From assembly GCF_006345805.1 (NCBI RefSeq), contig NC_043004.1, positions 22,630,001 through 22,694,000 of the forward strand: a stretch of DNA of 64,000 bases, read 5' to 3'. The position numbers and the translations under genes are program-made. The DNA is from Octopus sinensis (Eukaryota). How positions within the stretch are numbered: the first letter of the stretch is position 1; every line of letters starts with the position of its first letter. The notes beneath the pieces were generated by a model. The model had not been told where the DNA came from. It did no database searches and saw only the letters and a list, made by a program, of their open reading frames with translations. This document shows positions 27,091-37,605 of this stretch, in pieces.

Positions 27091-27894
27091 ACGCATATTT
27101 ATATGTACCATTTCAGTGGATTATATGATGGAATTTAGTTTATGAATTTTCGAGTTTATCGTGGTCTGTTAGTGCAAGAATGAACGCCTATGTAGAATAA
27201 TATATGACAATTTTTAATAACTCTTTTGAAATTTATATTTCATCTTCATATATTTATTCCTTAAATACAACTGAAAAGGGCTACATATCCCCGGAAAATT
27301 GTTACATTAATTATACTGATTATTATACCATATGGTAGCCACAACGGTTTTATTCCTATACGCATCACACAGGCACTCTTTTCCTAAATGTTAAAAATAT
27401 ATTTCTGAGAAATATCATCACGTGGGAGAAGCGTTTTGATCTTAGGTTTAAAATGCGCCTACCCAAATTAGAAACAGTGGACCCAAAAGCAAACTTTTTC
27501 TTGAAGTAGTACAATCGTTGCTTGAAATAGTGTTATAGAAGTTTGCTTTAACGAGCTTGTCATTATCCGCCAGCTTTTGAGAAATATTTATTCATTTTAC
27601 ACGTACATGTCATGTGCTTCTAGTTACACCCCAAGAAACACTTCTCTATAATAATCACATTCCTACTGTAACAATTTCATTTTTTTATTTTGTTTGTCTT
27701 TGAACCAAAGTGTATATAGAATTATATCTTCCGATGCACGATTCTTTTAATAGTAAATGGAAGGGTATGTTAAGAAGGAGATTTGGCTGATATTTCTTAC
27801 TACTTGAGTGACTACGTCATTGTTAGTTCACTAGCACAATATGTATGTACATATGTATGCATGTGCATGTATGACTCTGTGTGTGCATGTGTAC

Positions 27895-27933
<39 letters not shown>

Positions 27934-28020
27934 GCCCATTGCACGAAGCTTAACTGTTATTGGGGCTGTGATCAAATGTGATCACAATGTCTACAATGTC
28001 TTGTACAGAATTGGCAGCTA

Positions 28021-28373
28021 GAACGAGGGTTCCAGTTGATCCGATCAACGGAACAGCCTGCTCCTGGAATTAACGGGCAAGTGGCTGATCACTCCACAGG
28101 CACGTGTACCTTTACCGCAGTTCTCGGGAGATTCAGCGTGACATAGTGTGTGACAAGGCTGGCCCTTTGAAATACAGGTACAACAGAAACAGGAAGAGTG
28201 AGAGAAAGTTGTGGTTAAAGAGTACAGCAGGGATCAATACAAATCCCTGCCGGAGCCTTCTGGAGGTTTAGGTGTTTTCGCTCAATTAACACTCACAAGG
28301 CCCGGTCTGGGTATCGAAACTGCGATCCTACGACCTCGAGTACGCTGCCCTAACCACTGGGCCATTGCGCCTC
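28021..28373 (-). mobile_element. tRNA-derived SINE family C (resembles octopus OK/OR-type SINEs, from memory)
   Basis: Minus head gaggcgcaatggcccagtggttagggcagcg...gtttcgatacc; body collinear with the 30070 copy. Confidence 0.85.
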
Positions 28374-28421
<48 letters not shown>

Positions 28422-28855
28422 GTGTGTGTGTGTATATGTATGTATATATATGCGTGTGTGTGTGTATTTATATATGAATTAGGAGTTAGAGGTTATAGAA
28501 ACCTCTACGGGATAAATGCATTACCTAAGTATGTATATGCTTTGCTGTAAGGTTAACAGTAGTTGGTAATTGAAGGGTAAACCTTGGTTTAATATATTCA
28601 GATTGTATATATATCAAATTTTATTTGATTTGCTTTGCGGGATCAACTGTTTTAACGAAAACGTATATTGTTGTGAAATGCTCGCAATACGAGAATAGAA
28701 AAACAGGCAACAGCTGATGAAGGATCGTTCGTTATGTTGTTTGTTTTCTTTACCATATGTGTAGTTCGTTGTTCGAAATAATAGGTCATGTTCCATGTAC
28801 TCGTGCGTCGTATTTTTTGTTGTACACGTTTCATGACGTCCTATGTCCATGTATG

Positions 28856-28916
<61 letters not shown>

Positions 28917-29039
28917 GTATAGATATAGGCATGTACATACACGTATGCATATATGCATATACATATATATATTATTTATATTATTATATGATCGAACGCC
29001 ACGCATCCTCTTCCAAGGATATATATATTTATAGTAAGA

Positions 29040-29051
29040 GAGATAGATAGG

Positions 29052-29147
<96 letters not shown>
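29040..29147. repeat. (AGAT)n microsatellite
   Basis: Directly visible. Confidence 0.95.
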
Positions 29148-29595
29148 ATTTAAGGTGTATTCCGATAAGAACGTTGTAGAGTACAAAATAGAACTCGTTC
29201 ACCCTTAGAATTACCAAATAGCCAGTAGTGTTACTGCTATATCTTCGTTTAGACATTCATCGGATTTGAAAGTAAAATTGAAAAAACAGAGTCAACAAGA
29301 AGGAGTACGTTAGACAGCTATTTAATATACACTACACACGTTTCGATACGACATAGATCCACATACACACACGATTTAAATGAAATAACGGTTTCCCTGT
29401 GCAATGCGATCCAGTTTTATCTCCTCAGGTGGTACAGAATCACTGTCCCCGTTAGTAAGTCTTTGACTTTGATAGTAGCTAATCCAACAGGTGCTTTTGA
29501 ATCTAGTAGACGCACGCCGTTCATTTCGTTCGCTGTCAATGTGCCTCTGCACGATCGGCACGAGCGGCATTGGATACACTAGCTGTCATCTTTGT

Positions 29596-29825
29596 AAGGC
29601 GCCAAGCTGGCAGAAACGTTAGCACGCCATGCGAAATGCGTAGCCGTATTTCGTCTGAGCTACGTTCTGAGTTCAAATTCCGCCGAGGTCGATTTACCTT
29701 TCATCTTTTCGGGGTCGATTAGATAAGTACCAGTTACGCACTGGGGTCGAGATAATCGACTTAGTCCGTTTGTCTGTCCTTGTTCGTTCCCTCTGTGTTT
29801 AGCTCCTTGTGGGTTGTAAAGAAAT
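29596..29825 (+). mobile_element. SINE family B, full length
   Basis: Collinear with the 4329 copy; imperfect TSD agctgtcatctttgt / agctgtccactttgt on either side. Confidence 0.88.
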
Positions 29826-29975
29826 AGCTGTCCACTTTGTTTCACATGTTAGGTTGCACATGCTAAATTTTAATATTTCGCAAATACATTCGCACATATC
29901 CACATATATATACAATCATCACCCCACACATATCTCTTGGCATCTCCACACACAAACACACACACACACACACAC

Positions 29976-30061
<86 letters not shown>

Positions 30062-30069
30062 GGTGGAGT

Positions 30070-30450
30070 GGAAGCACTCCGTCGGTTACGACGATGAGGG
30101 ATCCGGTTGATCCAACCAACGGAACAGCCTGCTCGTGAAATTAACGTGTAAATGGCTGAGCTCTCCACAGACACGTGTACCCTTAACGTAGTTCTCGGGG
30201 ATATTCAGCGTGACACAGAGAGTGACAAGGCCGGCCCTTTTAAATACAGGTACAACAGAAACAGGAAGTAAGAGTGAGAGAAAGTTGTGGCGAAAGAGTA
30301 CAGCAGGGATCACCACCACCCCCGGCCGGAGCCTCGTGGAGCTTTAGGTGTTTTCGCTCAATAAACACTCACAACGCCCGGTCTTGGAATCGAAACCGCG
30401 ATCCTACGACTGCGAGTCCGCTGCCCTAACCACTGGGCCTTTGCGCCTCC
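30070..30450 (-). mobile_element. SINE family C, full length
   Basis: Minus: ggaggcgcaaaggcccagtggttagggcagcggactcgcagtcgtaggatcgcggtttcgattcc (tRNA-like head) ... cgtaaccgacggagtgcttcc. Confidence 0.9.
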
Positions 30451-31856
30451 ATATATATATACATACATACATACATACATATATTCACAAACATTTATGT
30501 GTGTATACATATATATATATACACATGCACACACCGATCAGCAAATACATTCACACTCATACATACACGCGATACATACATGCAGAGAGCGCGAGGCAGA
30601 CAGACAGACAGAGAAAGGAAGCAATCATTGATTATAAGTGTTCAGTTATGTTTATGAATTAATCTGTGTAAACGCGTGTGTGTGCGTGTGTGTCTGTACA
30701 CATATTCACTCACGCATATTGCGTCAAAAAACTAAGCATGACGTAGTCGGTCTAATAGCAAGGAATGGCAGCCAAATCTCCTCCCTAACATATCCTTCCA
30801 TTTTCTATTATATGGAATTGTGCATCAGATGATATATTTCTACATATATTGTGATCCAAGGAAAAAAGGAACACAATTGTGGCAAATGGAATGTCATGAT
30901 TCTAGGTCCACTGGAGCAGTGTTTTCTGGGTACTAACCAGAAACGCATGAAATATGCTATTGATAAAACGAATAATCACCTCCCAAAAGCAAACAGTTAA
31001 TGACAAAATCGTTATCTGCATGTGCGTGCGCGCGCGTATGTCTGTATGTACGTGTGCGTGTAAGAATCTATGCGTCTATTGGCGCCCTCTCGTATACATC
31101 ACATAAGCGAATTGTATTTAGCGAGCGTAAACTCGACGTAAAACCGAAAACTTGTTTCTGTGACACGCTCTAATACGTTATCGGATGAGAAATGTATTTG
31201 GCATATTATGCCTTTCAAATATTCTCTATCCGGTACGGATTAACTTATCACTTTTTAGAAAATATTTCTTAAAGTTTGTGTCATTGAATAGACAGATGCT
31301 AATGTTGCTGTTTTTTCTATGTTAATTTTAATAGATGCAGTCTAAAATATATGCATACAATATAGTTAAATATATCTGAATTCACTTAGAAAGACAACCT
31401 TCAGAAAACATATGTAATTTTCATTAATATATGAGCGGATGTGTGTGCGCATAATATTGTAAATAGGAAAAGAAATTGTGCATGGGTCAATCAGTGTAAT
31501 GGCAGTGTGTCGCGACAACTGTATGTGAATGAAATTCTTGTAGACACACACACATATATTTATCATGTAACAAACAAATGTAAATAATTCTTTCAAAGGG
31601 GTGTGTAAAACATCCAATTCACTGGTACGACGGTTCAAATCCACATGAATATGTGTATAATGCAAATTACAAACAATAGATTAAATATTGAGATACAATT
31701 GAAAATCCAATAATTTATTATACTATATTGTGTTATATTGTGTTATGTTTATAGTATATTATATTATAATAGAAATAAATTATTGGATTGTCAGCTATAT
31801 CTCTCTAATTTATTGTTCACACACACACACAAACACACACACATACACACACACAA

Positions 31857-31923
<67 letters not shown>

Positions 31924-32673
31924 CGATAGGTAACTAGCGAATTATGTCTTACGCCGCGTTTGCATAGCACTTTTGAGAAAATGTGTATCAGTGAAAAATC
32001 TATAAAATACCTCTATATATGATTGGGCAATTGGCAATTTCCAGGTTTGCGCACAATTTCTAGTAATTCGAATTCACAGCTTGTTTAATTGACAGTCCGA
32101 TAACCTCTTGCCTTAAGTTTCGACAACTTCTAAATTACCTCTATCGGTTTTCTGTTCAAAACAGAGACATGTAACACTCGCCGTTTCAGGCCATCATACT
32201 ATGAAGAGATTATTGCTTTTGTTGTGTATTTCTCGGTCGGCGTTGGTTCTGGAAGCCTTTCATGAAAGATGATCCGGCCATCACCATACTATTGTATATA
32301 TAATCGAAATATGACAGGGACTATAATATATATCGTCCTTGTTAATTTTCAAGATGGCGCGTGTGAGTTGACGGATGTGTGGCTGAAATATAAAACAGAT
32401 TGAACAGAGCCATATTTCAGATTTCAATGCATCCACCATTCCATATTCTAATGTGTGTCAACGAATCACTGCTAGTGCAATATATATTATAAGGCAATGG
32501 ACTCCAATTACCGAACCGCGGGTCATTACCGGCCGCATAGGAGGATCACATTTATAAATGTAATTTCTATTTTTATTGACTGTCGTAATCTGAAAGGTGC
32601 TTTTACATTATTGATAGATAGATAGATAGATGGATAGATGGATAGACAGATATGTTATATGTTATGTATATAT

Positions 32674-32767
<94 letters not shown>

Positions 32768-33054
32768 TAACAATATAGGGTGAAATTAATTAATTTGGAA
32801 TAATTATTAATTACACCAAGTAGATTTCGGCATGTAAAAGCCTCATTCGAGGAAAATTTAAGTAATACTAAGCAATTAAGGGTTTAGCAAAGAATTGCCT
32901 CACCACACACCGAATTTAGAAATAGCAGTCAAAGAGTTATGGCTATTCTTTCTACTAAAAGGGAGATCTTAGTAAAAACACAGCACTTGAAAGGCAAACA
33001 CAGACAGGTAAGAGAGAATGAAATGACGGCAATCTATCATACAATTTTAAGTCA

Positions 33055-33145
33055 CCTACGGACGTACGTTTCGAAATTAAGTTTTAGGAAAGCATAAGAA
33101 TTAGATAATTATATCTTACCCAACTTCTTTTCTCATCAGCGTAGG
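33055..33145 (-). ncRNA. Type I hammerhead ribozyme, core intact
   Basis: Minus: cctacg-CTGATGA-g aaa ag aagtt...aactt aa ttt c-GAAA-cgtacg-TC|cgtagg. Perfect 6-bp stem I, G10.1-C11.1, GUC cleavage triplet (C at 33061). Confidence 0.85.
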
Positions 33146-33268
33146 ACACTACAATTATGAATAATTGTAAATTAAATTTCGAGATACTAGAATCTCGAAT
33201 TCGAGATACTAGAATTCGAGATTCTAGTATCTCGAAATTTAATTTACAATTATTCATAATTGTAGTGT

Positions 33269-33359
33269 CCTACGCTGATGAGAAAAGAAGTTGGGTAAGA
33301 TATAATTATCTAATTCTTATGCTTTCCTAAAACTTAATTTCGAAACGTACGTCCATAGG
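33269..33359 (+). ncRNA. Type I hammerhead ribozyme, mirror copy with one stem I mismatch
   Basis: cctacg-CTGATGA(33275-33281)...GAAA(33342-33345)-cgtacg-TC(33353)|catagg. Confidence 0.8.
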
Positions 33360-33526
33360 TGACTTAAAATTGTATGATAGATTGCCGTCATTTCATTCTC
33401 TCTTACCTGTCTGTGTTTGCCTTTCAAGTGGTGTGTTTTTACTAAGATCTCCCTTTTAGTAGAAAGAATAGCCATAACTCTTTGACTGCTATTTCTAAAT
33501 TCGGTGTGTGGTGAGGCAATTCGTTG

Positions 33527-33581
<55 letters not shown>

Positions 33582-33740
33582 GTGTGTGTGTGTGTGTGTT
33601 GTGTGTGTGTGTGTGTGTGTGTATGTGTCTGTGTCTGTGTGTGTTGGTAAAAACGGTAACATAACAAAAGCAAGAGACCTCAATATTATGTAAATAGAGG
33701 AAATTTATCTATAAAATATGTGACAATTATTCAGTAGCCA

Positions 33741-33775
<35 letters not shown>

Positions 33776-33779
<4 letters not shown>

Positions 33780-34209
33780 CAACAATTGAGGGTAAAATTA
33801 ATTAATTAATCAATTTCACCAAGTGTTCAGTATGCAAAGGGACCATTTAAGGCGAATTCAAATTATTACATTATATAAAAGGGCTTAGTAAAATAAATTA
33901 CTTTGCCGCATACTGAACTCATTAGAAATAGCAGCTAAAAAAACTTTTTTAAAACTATTTCCAATACTTAAAGAAAACCTCTCTCATATAGTGTTTGCTC
34001 AACCCAACTCACGCAAATATGGGGGTAGAGACATTAAAAAATCAAGTGCAAAGGTTATTTGAGAACGTACGTTTCAAGATTAGTCAACACGACACTTCTA
34101 TCATCAGCTCAGAACTCCCTGGTTTGGATTTGAAAACACTGAAAGTAGGAGCATACCCTCTCGGCCTCCTCTCGCTTCCGAAGATCTGCTCGCAACTAAC
34201 AGTGCCAAC
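33776..34209 (-). mobile_element. Second hammerhead mini-element (~435 bp), diverged relative of the palindromic element, flanked by TA-rich microsatellites
   Basis: Shares blocks aacaat..agggt.aaatta, caccaagt, ttc.g.atg.aaag and ttagaaatagcag with 32765-32935, plus the same acgtacgtttc motif. Confidence 0.75.
34054..34115 (-). ncRNA. Type I hammerhead ribozyme (GUU triplet, weaker stem II)
   Basis: Minus: gttctgag-CTGATGA-tagaagtgtcgtgttgactaatctt-GAAA-cgtacg-TT|ctcaaataac. Stem I tgag/ctca; stem II aga/tct plus gtc/gac with a U.U closing pair. Confidence 0.65.
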
Positions 34210-34214
34210 ATATA

Positions 34215-34250
<36 letters not shown>

Positions 34251-37239
34251 TGTATGTATGTATGTATGTATGTTATAATGAATGTATATATTATGCGTTG
34301 CATTGTGTTTTCTTATGCTCAAAATTTTCGGTCTGCGGAAGAATTGTCTCATATTAAATTGATCCGCGATACAGAAAAGGTTTTATCCATAATTTGAAAG
34401 CACTAACTGTTATATAACACCCTCAGATGTTTAACGGTTTTATTATACAAAGCAAATGTTAAACTCGTACTAAAAGAGATTCTGACAAAGATTTAATTAG
34501 GGCACAAAATAATAGACATACACTAACGATGTGGGGAAAAAATGTCCAATTGAATATTCTATTTCTAACTTTCTCCAAATATTGTGGGACGCTAGCCAGA
34601 TATATGCCTCTTATTTTTTGAATGTGTATTGCAATAAATGTTTACAATAGAAAACCCAAAAATATAACCAAACACATCGGACTACAATGTGGTATCTGAA
34701 TGCTTTGCCTGACATTTTTGTTAAAAGGTATTCAAAGAAATATGGATAATGTGATGCCAAGCATGGTTATATTCTGAACTAGAAGGTTGCACCATGATCG
34801 TTTGTTTCCTGATTCGAATCCATTAGATGTTAGATGTAGATGAATTTTGTTTTTTTCTTAGACACCAAGAATTGATATCGACAATATATACTGCAAATTT
34901 ACTCTGCTTTACGACTGTATGAAGTTATATAGGGAGAAATGAATCTTCTAGCTGTAAAATGGATACATGGAAGCGAATGAGAAAATGGTGAGATTCACTT
35001 TATCCAATGAGACGCAGCCCCAACCTCATCATTCCAGCTAGATTTGGCTATTGTGCAAAGGTAGTCAATACCCTTTCGTCTTCAACTAAATTGTAACAAA
35101 GCTGCCCATTAATTTGCAGAAAATCCCATACTGGCGTAATATGCCACACAATATTGTCTTAGAAAATACTCTGCTGTGCTGTTGATTTTCATGGAGATCT
35201 TTTGTGTACTTATAAATGAATTAACGTTATTCAACGCAACGAATATGACTTGCTAATACGCCAATTTACCATTCATCCATTTCATAATTTCTGACAAAAA
35301 AATACTTGTAGTAGGAAAAATTATTTGCGATGGGAATAGTGTAGAAATGATTTATATGCAAAATCTAAAAATACATTTAATATCCTGTATCATATGTGTG
35401 TGGCAAGTGTCTCTCAGACAGAGAAAGTGTGTGTGCGCATTTGTATGTCTGTTTTGATATGTGCATAATTAATTAGCCAAGCTTAAAGCCGTGGCAATAT
35501 TGATATAAATGGCTTCCCCAGTGATATATCACAATAACGTCATTGTAACATGAATCGTCTTACTAAAATCCGAAGGACAACTCCACTATTACTCTGCCGC
35601 AGAATAGAATAACTCAACAATTACTTTTTTATAATGATGTGTAATGAATTTAAAATGATATATCTCCCGTAGAGGCAATCCAATATACACAACTGTCTCG
35701 AAACTGATTCATGCACACAGTGACTCACTCTTCCATGTTATTTTCATTCACCTACATATTTAACAGTATACAGAACATGATAAAGACATTTACTATTTTG
35801 GACGTTCAGTAAGGTATCACGAGATGAAATATATAAATAACATTTACAAAACTTCGTTGTTAGCATTTTTTTGACACTTACATTTTAGCTCTTCCTTTTA
35901 TCAATATACGCAACTGAACAATACGGATATATATCTCATATGCGATATCCATTATACTGTATGTTCTTCACCAATTTAAATGATATAAATATATAAATAT
36001 CTAGCTGTATATATATATTTTTTTTTGTGCAGACCGAAATATGTCAGTCGATGAGAGGCAAGTCCAGGAATAAGAAACAGAAATATGTTTCGCATCTTGC
36101 CAGTACTATTACAACGTCCCAGTCAAAATATTTTATAACCCAATTAAGCTATTTGTGTGTTTATATAGGAGAGGAAAATATGATTATGATGCTGTATACC
36201 AGTAATAAAACTGATCCAGGAAATGATCAATGTTTTGTAAATTTGATTTACCGAACAAAGACCTTCCTGTAAATTTCAACAGAATTGATCACGCTGACCT
36301 TTCTGTGTTAAAACTGCTAATGGGCAACAACATTTCTTCAATGATGCTCCCATGATTATATAAATAATGTGAGTTAGTCATATATAATATTATTCTCGTA
36401 GTTGATGTCTATTTCATTTCAGGAATATCCAGCTGACGGTATCGTATAAGCCAGTACTACCCACTTCGTGATTGGCTGGTCAGTGACTGAACCAGCTGTC
36501 CTACTCGACCTAATAGTCGAGGATGGTATTGCCGACACTTTACAAGACTTGTAGGACCGTTGGGTTCATTATGGGCCAAAAGCCATCCACGCGAGTGGTA
36601 TCTCGTAAAACAACACCCTGCACTTAGGCTAGCAAACCGCACGACTATAAGAGAAACCGACACCCATATGTGATGTGGTGTAGAGCAAAGTAGAAAAACA
36701 TGTTGTTATTTAGTGAATGTCTTCTAGATATTAAACACTATGATTTGTATCATAGTCATAAGTAGACCATTTTCATTGAACATTTAGTGTACAAAACATA
36801 AAGTTATGTTCCCACAAATTCTTCAGTAAGTTATATCGAAGATCAACACTCTGGAACTTTTCCTAGTTCGTTAGAAATCACTAAGTTTTACCGAATGTTT
36901 AAATTCGGAAATCGTTGAATAAACACTAGCAAATATTTTTGAAATTTCACAGGTGTTATATTCTGCGCAAATAAATAATTTCTTATCTCATATTAACGTT
37001 TAATAATCTAAGGTAATAAAGAAGTATATAAGTAAAAGCCTGCGAAAAATCGACGGTAACACAATAACAATGTATGGAGAATTGACTCCTGCCGATCAAA
37101 TGTGTAGATATCGGTTAACTGAATTATATTACTCATAGTAGTGTATGGAAAATTTTTCACCAATTTTCGACGAAAGCAACAGTCATTAACTTTACATCTG
37201 TATTGACGCCGTTGACTGGAGAAAAAAACAATCAGAGTA

Positions 37240-37605
37240 GAAAAAAGTGTTAAAGTCATGGATTTCATCAAGTTGGAACTCAGCTTGCTTGGAAGTGATC
37301 CATGCAAGATCCCATTTTGAAACTTCAACGGACTATCGCCACCTCGGTAATGGTTTAATTGCGCCCTTCTGTAGCACGTCCGTTATGCACAGCCCTTCTC
37401 ATCCGCTGATGCAAGCGTTGAGGTCTGTGTAATCATTGTCCACTTATTTCAGCGTTGGGGTCTTTTGTGATTCGTCCCGCCCAGTCCTGGTCCTCGAAAT
37501 TACAGGCAAGGGTGGTCCTACCAGGAGTTCAAATCACCTGACGGTATCACTCTCAGAATCATACCTCCATGCAATCCTGTCCACCATGACAGGATCATCA
37601 GTGGG
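37240..37605 (-). mobile_element. RTE-clade LINE 5' UTR relic
   Basis: Minus cctgtcatggtggacaggattgcatg...tgattctgagagtgataccgtcagg...ctcctggtaggaccacccttgcc resembles my recollection of BovB/Rex3 5' ends; weak APE-start-like codons follow. Confidence 0.42.

Larger units (their letters stand above)
32765..33529. mobile_element. Head-to-head palindromic hammerhead mini-element (probably PLE-derived) between two (TA)n arrays
   Basis: Arms 32885-33202 and 33212-33529 are reverse complements with 3 mismatches. Spacer gagatacta. The left copy extends a further 120 bp to (TA)n at 32764; the right copy ends directly in (TA)n. Confidence 0.9.

Noticed and set aside
32350-32360. caagatggcg YY1-like motif in unique sequence
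   Set aside because: A single short motif is near chance expectation, with no CpG island or exon support.
32885-33529. Interpreting the two-polarity hammerheads as an integrated viroid-like or ambisense agent
   Set aside because: The two ribozymes are mirror copies from one inversion, not independent plus- and minus-strand ribozymes, and the sister element and TA flanks point to a retroelement origin.
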